In this document: positions 52,423-64,000 of the stretch, in pieces
Layout of the letters: every line of letters starts with the position of its first letter
Numbering within the stretch: position 1 is the first letter of the stretch
NCBI GenBank assembly: GCA_028023455.1
Contig: JAQFVV010000011.1
Coordinates: forward strand, 3,224,001 to 3,288,000
Direction of reading: 5' to 3'
Length of the DNA: 64,000 nt
Source: Epiperipatus broadwayi
Lineage: Eukaryota; Animalia; Onychophora
Notes under the pieces: generated by a model
Told to the model about the DNA's origin: nothing
The model's input: the letters and a program-made list of their open reading frames with translations, nothing else
Databases searched by the model: none
Made by a program: the position numbers and the translations under genes

Positions 52423-55110
52423 TAAATGCCTTAATGTTTTGTTTGTCATTATGTCTGTGTTTACATAAATGGTAGTAATGACAATCTAATTGCTTTTTTG
52501 CCCAGAAAGTTTTTAAGAAGTTCAAGCATTGGAAGGGTTTGATCTGGGTTGATTTGCTGAACCTTAAGTTCCAGGGTTTGCCACTAGGTCTACCACTATA
52601 TCAAACCATTCGGGATGAAAATAATCAAATGGCTATATTTCTTGGGAGTTTATAAAATATTGTGCTGGAAATGACAGTCAGATGTGATCTTAAGATCCAG
52701 AATCTACCACTCTATACTTCCACCAAATCATTCAGGGTATAAATGGTATTTCATTTAGAGAAATGCTTAAAAATCTGTGTACCTACAAGCTTATGGTATC
52801 ATTGATATTTAATGAATGCATCCATAAATGTGTATAAATATAACAATCATTTTATAATCTAAGTTATTATGCATTTTTGATATTTCTGATTGCTCATGCT
52901 TAATATTTTACTTTAAATATGTATCAATGTTCAAATTTTTAAACATTTGTTGATAACTTTTCCACATGCCACATATAAACATCATTGAAGCACCTTTTGC
53001 AAGTAATATCAAAGTAATCATATATTGGGTTATATCATTTTTATACTCACTATACTATATATATATAAATAATAAATATAACAGTAATTAACTATTATAT
53101 ACAGTCTTTTAATCTGAACAAGTATTGTTGGTTAATTACTTAATCTTTCTCAACTGCTGTTAAATTAAAATAACAAAATGGAAACAAACATCATTAACTC
53201 AAATTCTATGAGTCCCGAATTTTAATATTAGCAGCTTGTGAATTAATTATATTCATTTTATTTCTATTTAATAAAATTGAAAAAAAAAAATACAAGCACC
53301 GTGAAAAGTAAAAATAATAATGATTTAATGACGGCTTCAGTTTTCTTGGATTATGAAAGGACATGTAAATATAAATTTAAGTTTGATATTAAAAGTGTTA
53401 AGATTCTTCATGAAGAGAAAAACCACAATAAAAGAAAAATTAAGGAGGCAATTTAATAACTAGAAATAAAATCAATATAATTAATAGACAAGCTGCCAAC
53501 ATTAAAATTTGGGATTCATAGGATTTGAGTTGCTGATGTTTGCTTCCGTTTTGTTTTTTGAATTTAATGGTAGTTGAGGAGGGTTAAGAAATTAACTTAA
53601 AGTACTTCTGCAGATTGAAAGACTGCATATAATAGTTAATTACCATTATATTTATTGCTTTCATTGTTATTACCATAGTTTTTTAATTAAACGGTATTTT
53701 ATTTGTATTATATATATATTGCTTATTGGGAGGGCCTTAGGCGACTTACTCAATATTAGAGATTAAACACTGATCTATTCAGATCACATATTCTATCATA
53801 AAATTTACTTTATTTCATTGACTTGTGCCAAGTGTCATGTGATGATCATGTAATATAAAAATTCTATTATGTTTTATGATGCCAATAATTCAATTCCTTT
53901 TTATTCATTGAATGACTGACTATCTTAGTACTTTTAATATATTCATACCAAAGCATACCATTAACCTAAAAGGATTAGTAAATAATCTTGCTAAAATGGT
54001 CCACGTAACATCTGCATATGAATTTGCATACAATTTGCATTAATATTATAGTTATTAACCAAATACAAGTCACCGTGAATATGGGATTATAAACTGTCCC
54101 GAAAGCGCTTGGCGGTAAATTTTGAGAATTTTACGTACATTGAATAACTTCATTATCTGTGCGCAGAGCATATATATATTAATTAATTTCAAACGCTAAT
54201 GAAGTAAAGCCTTAACTATTTCAATAAAATGCTTAGAATGAATGCCTTCCTAAACACTTTTGTATATTGCCTTAAAACTTTGAAGATAAAATTATCATTT
54301 AAATTTTTAACGTTATTATATGCTCTATTTTACGGAATTTTAAAGCTTCTACTTGTTGATTAATTTTTTGCTTGTACCATTATCTCAATCAACATACAGT
54401 AATGTCTTGTATTTATTTTAGACATAGTATAACCCTATTAAATATTTTATTAAAGCTACTTACTCTTTTATACTAGTGCTTATTTTTCCTGAGTTAGAAT
54501 GGACATATTTTTAATATATTAGCTGCTTATTTAAAAGTCTATTATTTTTTCTTTGCATAAATGATTTAAACTTCAATTGTTTTTTTCGGTGGATTTATCC
54601 ATTCTTTTCTCTATAAATCTGTAATTACATTTAAGTACCCTTTTATGACTTTAGTTTAAAATGAACTTTGATATATTAATAGTTTTTTAAAAAAACTTTT
54701 TTTAAGTTAAAACATTAATTTTATTTTAAAACTTCTTTTAAAATTATTTGCTCATTTTAAGTATCTGTTGTAAAATATTTCAGATAATAACACTAGGTGT
54801 CTCTGGCAGTTGATTTTATTTTAATTTTATACTTAATCAAGAATATAATACAAATATGCCAAGACTAAATGCAGGTATATTCGCATAATATTTACATTTG
54901 TAAACATTATATAAATATGCAATAATATTATTAACATTAACTTTAAGTATTATTGACCAATCTCTCTGCTGGATATGGATTTCTGCCATAGCCAATGTCA
55001 TCAGCAGAAATTTGCCTTTTTTTTCCCATGGAATACTGTGGTTTGAAAGATTGTGTAAAATTTATACAAACTGTAAAAATCAAAATTAACATTAGCCATT
55101 TTATATATAT

Positions 55111-55497
55111 TTAATTACAATGAGTTCAAACTCACACTTTCAAGCTCCCTACATCCCTCCACTCCATCTTATATAACTGATACACATGGCCACATACATG
55201 TCAAAAAGATAAATGATCTCCAATATATGCATTTCATGCATTAAAGTATAAAGATTTGCTATCTTATATGGACTGAGCACTGATTATATATATGTGTGTG
55301 GAAGATGATAAGCTGGATGAACTGATGAGTGCTGGTTCAGCACAAAATACATATAGTAGAGATCATTTATCTTTTTCACATGTATGTGATCATGTGTATA
55401 AGATGGAGTGGATAGGTGTAGGGATCTTGAAAATCTTAGTTCAAATTCTTTCTAATTATATTAAGTTCAGTATAGCCAATATACTTGTGTTTAAATA
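55111..55497. mobile_element. Family B fold-back insertion
   Basis: Inverted arms. Hammerhead at 55317-55360 (CTGATGA GTGCTG GTT CAGCAC AAAA T ACAT ATA). Low-complexity TSD candidate TTATATATAT at 55101 and 55498. Confidence 0.85.
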
Positions 55498-56559
55498 TTA
55501 TATATATAATGAAAAAACTAAACAGAAAACAAAGATATTCACCCATCCCTCTTCACACTGCTCTTTCATGAAACGGAAAAGATGTCCGCATATTTTATAA
55601 CACATTGGGCAACAAATATGATATGCTGCCATTATTTTTATTGATTAATGATGTGACATTATTATATATAAATGGATTGTTAATATAAAGAAAGAAATGA
55701 GTGGGTATAATCTATGCAATAACTCCTTTTACTTCAACAATAAATCCCAACAAAAGAAATAATATAATTAATGGAGAAAATTTATTTAGCCTCAGGGAGA
55801 TTGTCAATTACTAGTAATTAATAGTTTCCTGGCAACATCAGAGGCAAAAGTTATTTCTGTTTACATGGATAAAATTTCCTTATTTCTGTTCTTTATTAGA
55901 ATAATAATCCATGAAAAATATTTCATTCAATTAGAGAAATATGTTTTTAGCTAGAAATATTTCTTTATTAGCTTAGTGCAGAAAGGAATTTTCTGTTAAC
56001 TGAAAGGAAACTGTTATTCTAGTTTCAGGCCTTAAAGAAATCAAACAAAACTAATCCATAGTACCTATTCCAAAAATTCTTATAATTATATCATTATTAC
56101 TATATGATTATTCACATAATAAACATGGATGAAGTGCTAACCATCATGTATTAGCCAGTGTAATGAGTTTTTTGCATTTTTTTAAACCTCAGAATAAGAT
56201 AAAATCATAATTTTCTCAGTTGCTTTGTAGTTCTTAATTGAACTAATAATTGGGATTTCTTGAAGTGTGAAAAACAGGAAAAATTAAATTATAGCTCTTA
56301 TTTCCAGGAGGTTGTAAAATCACTATCCAAGACATATGTTCATAGCTGAAGATAGAGAATTCTAAGAATCCTCTGATTCCGGATTTATATTGCTATTAAA
56401 TGATGAACATTTATTTATATGCTTATAATTGCAGATTACTTTCAAATAAATGTGAAGGAAGATTTTATGAATTGAAATAAAATGTCTAATAAAAAACAGA
56501 ACATTATTGGATTTTATAAGGTTAGAAAAAAATAAAGAAATAATTGATTTAAAATGTGG

Positions 56560-57000
56560 TCATGCACTTTGAAACAAAGGTACAATCATTGGAATCACAA
56601 ATGGAATGGGATTTGTTATAAGTAAAAAGTGGAAGAACAAAGTTGTGGACATTAATGATATATCAGACAGAATGATAAGATTAGTTATTCAAATTAATGG
56701 AAGATACCAAATGCAAACAATTCTGGTTTATGATCCAACAAGTTTCTATAGTGATGAAGAAATATAAATTTTTTATAGGGATGTACAAAATGCTTTTGCT
56801 TAGAGTGTTGTGGATAAATTTGTTCTGGTACAGAAATTTAAAAAAAAAACAGATTTGAGGAATGCATAAGAAAAAGAACTGCATTATGAATTCTTTCTTT
56901 GAAAAAATACTAAATGGAAATGGACTAATAAAAAATATGCATTTCAAAATTATAATATTTTTAATAGATTCACCACAGAAAATCATTATTAATTAATGAG
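56560..57000 (+). mobile_element. RTE LINE AP-endonuclease remnant
   Basis: NGMGFVISKKWKNKVVDINDISDRMIRL...ILVYDPTSFYSDEEI.IFY matches the RTE APE motifs GVGF...SDRI...VYAPT...DEE.E.FY. Confidence 0.75.
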
Positions 57001-59232
57001 ATATAAGATATGTCTTGATGCAAAACTATAGGGATTAAGAACATTAAAGAAGATATTAACAATTGACAATTTTTACCTATAAAGTTCCTCTAATGAATTT
57101 AAATTAGAACTTGCAAATCATTTTAAAATATTAATAGAATTAGAAAACTGTTCAGACTTGATTAAAATCAATAAGGAGATAACTGATATATTCTTAAGAT
57201 CTGTTAAGACAAGACAATCTATTAAGAAAGAAGGAATATAAAAAAAAAAATTAAATTATGTAAAAAAAATTGAATATCTATTATTTTGAAAATTATATCA
57301 ATTCATGCTAAAGAACAACAGTGCTTGTAGTTGTTAAAAGCTGATAATACCAAAATACACAGATGCTGAACTAGTAGCTGGATAATTCAAGAAAGAATAA
57401 AAGATGACTTCTGGATGAAAAGTGCATTAGGTTCAAAAAATCCAAGCTAGAGCCTAATATGGTGGTACAGATAGAACATCATTGGATAGGAATTTAATAA
57501 GCATCATCATCTAATATGTAGAAGAATTGGAGTAGTGTAAATGCAAGTTGAGCATGTTTTTGACAGAGTGTGATGATAAGACTCTACAATTAAACACACT
57601 ACAACATATTGTAAAACTGACTTATGCATTTAGAGCCCTTTTTTGAAATTAAGTAAAGCTATCAACATTCTAGTAATATTTCTTTTTTTTATTTTAAAAA
57701 TGTAACTTTTATTAATATCTTTGATTAATTTTTAATAAAATCTATGACGCATAAAAGATTTTTATTTGTGTATCAATGATGCTGGAAATTTTTCTCGATG
57801 TTATTTAAAATATGGCCCTAATAAAATTATACATGTTAAAGACTCAAAAAAATTAGTCAATACTTGGCTCTATTATGCTTCCCAGAATTCGGAAAAGGGA
57901 CCAGAATTTGGCTCTCTCCTACATCTACGATGCCACATGGAAGCTAATCGATTTGCCTCCCTAAGGCAGATCCCTTTCATACCTGAATACATATCTCCTA
58001 TCATGGAAATGATTAGTAGTATTATTTTAATTAAAAAAACAAACAAATAGAAAGTACCTATTGTTAAATAAGAAATGAGACTTTTCCTATAGTAAAGAAA
58101 TATATTGTTACTTTGAATTTAAAATAAACAAAATTTGATTAAAACAAAAAAAAAAAAACTTTTACATAAGTAAATCTACAACTTCAGATTACTCATGTAA
58201 CCAAAGTAACCCAAGCTATGTAAAACCATGTGACTAATCCACAGTATGTAAAAATTTCTGTAATTCGGTGTAAAATAATAAATCAACTTTTATATATGTA
58301 ATTCTACAACTGTGGATTGCCCGTGTAAACTCAGCAATCCATGCTATGTAAACTCTTGAACCCTTTAAGACAATTAAAGCTTATCATTATAAAAAAATAC
58401 TTGGGTCTATTATTACATTTTGTAAAATACTAATATTAAATAATTTACTACTTTAAATTTGAAATTAATGTTGGAGCAAATATTGCATTGAAATCTGAGT
58501 AAAGTAAATTTAATAAACTATTTATATGTAACTGCATGTGAAAGAAGAGCCAAAAAAGTTCATAAGCCCATCATGGGTGTTTTCTTTTTTGGAGATTCAT
58601 CAGGACATGAATGATGTATGGTCTGATGATGCAATTAAAAAATTTAATATCAAATTAAACTAGCATACTCCCACTTTTATACCATTTGGATTTTGTATAC
58701 GGAGCACTCTCCCAATTTGTAAACCATGAAGACATATGTCTGATGCAGGTCTAGTATTTTACTAAATAATTCGATAATTTATTGCTTTGGAGTTAAAAAA
58801 ATTTTGAACAGTAAGAGACAGAACTAGACCATAATGTATAAACCTTGAACACCAGAAGCTGTCATTCATCATAGTACCAAGCCATGCAGAGGCATTTTAT
58901 ATTTCTGCTATCGACAGACAATATTTTCAAACTTCAGTTGCCATTAGTTTCAATCATGGTGAGATTAGCATTAGTAGAATATTTTTTATGGTCTTCTACA
59001 AGTAATTAAAAAAATCAATGTCAGATTTTTATTAAGAAATTAAAAAGAAAAATTAATAAATGAAAAGCAACACTAATATTGCTTTAGACATGAAGAAAAT
59101 ATTAAAAACATTAAATATAATTTAAATGCGTTTTTAGTACAAGTTCTCTTGGCAAAACCATATATTATAATATAATAGTTGCTTTGACGAGAATACTCAA
59201 CACTCAACACTAAAAATGTGTTATTTAGTCAA

Positions 59233-59304
59233 GCGTTGGCGGCCTAGTGGTTAGCATAGCTGGCTTCCAAGAAGCTGGCCCGGGTTCGCTTACCGGTCAA
59301 CGCA
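59233..59304 (+). tRNA. tRNA-Gly(TCC), probably a pseudogene
   Basis: 72-nt GCGTTGG...CAACGCA cloverleaf with anticodon TCC at 59266-59268. It has two anticodon-stem mismatches, T-loop TTCGCTT, a T-stem mismatch and no T4 terminator. Confidence 0.8.
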
Positions 59305-59929
59305 TTTAACATAAAAAAAAAAAGTGTTATTTATAATTAATATTTCAATATTTTCTCAGTATATAAAACAATATTAGTATTATATTTAATTTATTACATT
59401 TCAATGGCAACATCTTTTAAAAAATCAATTACAGGTATAAGCATATAAATCTTATAGAAATTGAATTCAAGTGAATAATATTAAGTCGGAAAATCAAAAT
59501 AATAATTAAAAACCAATTAATATACTGTTAGTTTGTTATTATTTTTTATTCAAACGACAATTGTTCTTTTGTTTAAAATAAATTGAAATCGAAAAGTTTT
59601 TTATTCCACAATTATAAAGAAAACACTGTTAAATCAATGAATAGAAAACAAAAGAAAATTGTAATTATGCTTAAATCATAATTTCCTCTTTAAGAAAGAA
59701 ATCTATTTCACACACAGTACTGAAGTAATGATTTAGTATAATTGTTACATTAGTATTGGCATTATTTTTTTTTTTACTAAAACTCTTTTCTAGTACTACT
59801 TCTACCATGTGACAATGTTGATGATGAGGTCACGAATAATATTAAAATTAATTTTAAGTAAAATGCCCAATTCCTTAAAATGAAATATACTTTTATAATG
59901 TAGAATAAAATTTCTGATATTATCTATAC

Positions 59930-60459
59930 CAGTGTTCTTCAACCCTTGGTCCACGGCCCGGCATCGGGCCGCAGAACTTTTCTGCAGGTCCGCGTGCTAG
60001 ACGGGCAGTAAAAAGTTTGTAATAATAAATAATAAGAGTTTAAACTTTTAATTAATATAGCCAATTTTTATTTATTTTTTCATCTCATTTTTACCCAATT
60101 AAAAAAAAAAAGAAAACAGAACGAAAACAAAATCTAATCAATCATTCATAAATTAATTTGTTTTTCTAGTTATCACAGATGTTTATGGGGGGGGGGGGGT
60201 AGAATTAAATTTTTTATTACTTTTCTAAAAAAATTAAAAAAAAAGTTTTTTATTATATAAACTCCATATATATATAAAACTTTATCTTATATATTTAACA
60301 TTGTTGTTTTGATCAGTTATAACAATTATGCTTATCTTTAAGAAAATTTATCTATAGACTTCTGCCAGTCTGCGAAATCTTATCCTTATTTTTGCTGGTC
60401 CATGGAACCTTATCCTTATTTTTACCGGTCCGCAGGTGTGAAAAGGTTGAAGACCACTG
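59930..60459. mobile_element. Buster-type hAT MITE (530 bp)
   Basis: TIRs CAGTGTTCTTCAA and TTGAAGACCACTG. Perfect TSD ATCTATAC at 59922-59929 and 60460-60467. Confidence 0.96.
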
Positions 60460-60899
60460 ATCTATACCATGTTATTTTTAAGAAAATCCAAACGACTAAC
60501 AATTGCTATCAGTTGTGATAATTGATACCGATGATGATCATATCATTGCTCTAAAGGTTCTTTAAAGATATCAAATATATATTTGAGTTTTCAAATATAT
60601 GTATGTAATATAAAATTATTAAGAATCTTTCTAGAATATATAGAGTTAAAAAATATTGTTTTGATAAAAATAAATATGAAAAATAAAAGAATTTAAGAAT
60701 AATAATTATTTAATAAAATAATAGATAAACAAATAGAAGATAATAACAATAAGAAAATTATTATAAATTGAAAAGAAAAATTTATTTATGATTTTTTCTT
60801 CTTTTGACAGCCTAAGTATTAATAACATATCATAAAAGAATCTACAGAGATTCCAACCAGAACATGGATTGACACATGGTTTTATTAATGTCTTAAATT

Positions 60900-61740
60900 C
60901 TGCTAATGTAACTATAGATTCAATATCATTAAATATCAGATTTATGTTTGTGTTTGACCATAATTACCTAGGCTAGACTAGTAAATTTTATATATGAAAC
61001 AGGAAAGTGTAACATTCATGGATTGTTCTAAATCTATTGATGAGACTTTAATGGTGTCTAGGAAGATCAAGTCTGCCTTGCTTTACTGTTATATATATAT
61101 AAGAAATTTTAGAACCTCATGAGAATTTCATTTTTATGCCATAATTCTTTGGTTGTATTTTTATATTGAACATTCAGAAAGATAGTCTTGATTTAAGATG
61201 AATCTCAAGTGATTAAATTATATCTTGAATTATTAGCAGATATCTAATTAAGAGATTTTTTTTACATATATTTTGTAAGACAACATTTTTTCTGATATTT
61301 GGTATAGAAGTATGTAAATGAATAGGAATCATAGGAGTAGAGTTGAGTTTGCAGGATATTTCTTATGTCAAAATTTAATTGAATATTCAAAAGTTTATTG
61401 TGGGAACTTTTTCTCCAAATAGGAGCACATTATTCACCAACAGAATATAACAGTGCTGCAAAAGCTGTCTATAAAGTGCATACATAACAAATCCAAATAG
61501 TGACAGATGACTTTTCAAGGAAGTTACCTCTAAAAATTATTTTACATCTCACCTTAAAATAAATAAGCAAAATATGATAGGCTATGATCCAAGATATATA
61601 TTTTTATATACATGCTTGTCTGACATAACATAATCAAACAGCTATGCTTTAAGGATTGGATTACATAAAAAAATAAATGATTATGGAAAAATAGTGAGGA
61701 ATAATGAAGACAATCTATCTTAGAAATGTTAGTGACGCAC
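60900..61740 (-). mobile_element. Degenerate I-group (ingi/Vingi-like) LINE remnant
   Basis: The minus strand gives TAFAALLYSVGE.CAPIWRKSSHNKLLNIQLN, resembling ALALxYSxAEYCAPVWxxSxH. The clade assignment and boundaries are tentative. Confidence 0.45.
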
Positions 61741-61754
61741 ATAATTAAAGTTGT

Positions 61755-61975
61755 TTATAACAAGGCAAAACTCTCTATACAGTTGTGTCACGCTGTGCCA
61801 ATCAGAGTAATCAATGGATGCCAGAAGGCTTATGAATAAAATCCCTATATAATGCATACTCATCCAATATCCCCAGACTAGTTTCTGGCTTGTGGCCTTC
61901 GTCAGTGAGGAGCTTTGGATCTGAGAGCATTGCACGTAGGATCTAGGTGCTAGTATAAGAGATAGTGATCACGTG
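61755..61975. mobile_element. Family A insertion with twin-priming-like inversion
   Basis: Perfect 12-bp TSD AATTAAAGTTGT at 61743-61754 and 61976-61987. The right end is at GATCACGTG. Confidence 0.92.
61870..61911 (-). ncRNA. Best-preserved Family A hammerhead motif
   Basis: TCCTCA CTGACGA A GGC CACAA GCC A GAAA CTA GTC / TGGGGA. Predicted cut between 61876 and 61875. Confidence 0.8.
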
Positions 61976-63004
61976 AATTAAAGTTGTGTTTTAAAAAATA
62001 AAAGGAACTTTATCATATAAGTTTTTCTTTACATATATGCAGATCCAAATTTAACATAAAAAATGTAAAAAAAAACAACAACAAACAAACAAAAAATTGA
62101 TAATTTTTAAATTTGTTTATATATGTTACGGTAATTTGATTTTCGGCTACAAGTTCAAATAATCCATCCGTTAGCAATTAATTCATGAATAAAATGATTT
62201 ATTATTAATAATAATTTACTATCAATTTAGTGCATTAAAAATTTTAAAAAATTAAAACCCAAATTGAAGCAAATTTAAAATATATCATTCATAAAATTAT
62301 CAGTAAACAAAATTAATAAATAAATGTGAGTTCACTATAGCAACGAAACTTTTATATGTATATATAAATGCTAAATTTACTTGGTTTATAATGTTTTTAT
62401 TTATTTTTTAATAAATGCATTAAAACAATATTCAATGTTATCTTTTGAAAATAACAATAATATATATTTTTAATAAATAAATACCAAACAATGGCAATTT
62501 AATAAGTAAATGTTTGTATTATATTTTTTATATAATCTAGCCAATATTTTTCCAAAAGTGATTTTTCCAAACTTGTTTATTTTTTTATGTACACTTTGTT
62601 TACAAACTGTTTTGCATTATAAGTAGCTCAGGAATCACGTGATGTTACGAACCAAAATAGTTGGTTGAGACGTTAGTTCTCTTCAAGTGATCAAATGGTA
62701 TTTATATATATCATTTGGAACTGATTCAGAAACATTTAACTCTCCAGTTGCCACTGATACTACTGGGTTAAAATTCCCAATACTATGACTGTTTACAATA
62801 AATATAATTAACAATCATATTTCTCTCCTCGATCTTTTATATAGACATATAACTAAAATATTTATTTCACCCATATTTCGATATTAAAAAAAAAAAAAAA
62901 CTCCTATAATATATACTGAAAAAGAGAATAAGTTAACTCAATTCTTGATATTACGTATGGTATCATTCTATATTAAATTTATTTCTTTTTTTACCATATG
63001 TCAA

Positions 63005-63083
63005 AGCATCGGCGGGAAGCGAACCCGCAAACCCGGGACAACTGCTTGTAAGGCGGCTGTGCTGACCATTCGGTCACCAACGC
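63005..63083 (-). pseudogene. tRNA-Gly-derived pseudogene with TAC anticodon and T-arm duplication
   Basis: GCGTTGGTGACCGAATGGTCAGCACAGCCGCCTTACAAGCAGTTGTCCCGGGTTTGCGGGTTCGCTTCCCGCCGATGCT has a Gly body, anticodon TAC and a duplicated GGGTT. Confidence 0.8.
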
Positions 63084-63559
63084 TTGACAAATTTAATTTC
63101 TTTTTAATGCTAACCTTAATTTATTTTAAAATCGAACAACTTGAAATTTAAAAGAAAGTATTTTTCAGATATTAGTATTTGTACAATACGTCTAGGTGAT
63201 AATATTATAGAATTGCTGGTAAATTCAATAGACAATAATATCAAAACCATTTGACTTTTTCTGATTTCTGTCTTTGATCAACAAAAAAGAAAAGAGTTAT
63301 AAGCTAATTTATAGTCGTTGATCTTAATAACAAGTATATAAAACCATCTAATGAGTACAATTTGAACATTTGCAAAATAACAAATAATAGAAAAACGACT
63401 ATACTTACTAAACTATTACGTAATACCCTTAGCTTAGTAGTAAATAAATTATACAAATCAACAAATTACATTAACATTTTGTTTTTGGATATTATTGCCA
63501 ACAGATTTTTAAATGTAATTCTGCAAAGAATTAAGATTATTAAATAATAACATCATTTT

Positions 63560-64000
<441 letters not shown>

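Noticed and set aside
57766-58050. 94-aa ORF as a host exon
   Set aside because: No recognisable domain and no consistent splice sites.

Overview
Very AT-rich (roughly 25-30% GC by eye, not computed), CpG-depleted eukaryotic DNA, probably a large invertebrate genome. I could not support any host protein-coding exon. The ORF track consists of transposon remnants and chance ORFs. Ordinary content: one full-length but decayed hAT/Buster element (3086-5541), two sister Buster MITEs with perfect 8-bp TSDs, several LINE remnants (RTE, L1/Tx1-like, I-group), a mariner remnant, two tRNA-Gly-derived pseudogenes and microsatellites. The striking content is a dense set of short non-coding retroelements in at least five unrelated families (A, B/B', C, D, F), each carrying a minimal type I hammerhead ribozyme motif. 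They occur as 400-450 bp tandem multimers and as tail-out fold-back insertions bounded by 9-17 bp TSDs. Most fold-backs share one geometry: one arm stops about 20-50 nt short of the element 3' end, as in Penelope-like elements. Families A and F share a non-canonical hammerhead in which helix II is flanked by an A on both sides, with compensatory changes between the families. Family C, and more weakly B and A, also carries tRNA-like Pol III boxes. Ribozyme activity, circular RNA formation and the mobilising enzyme are inferences and are untested here.
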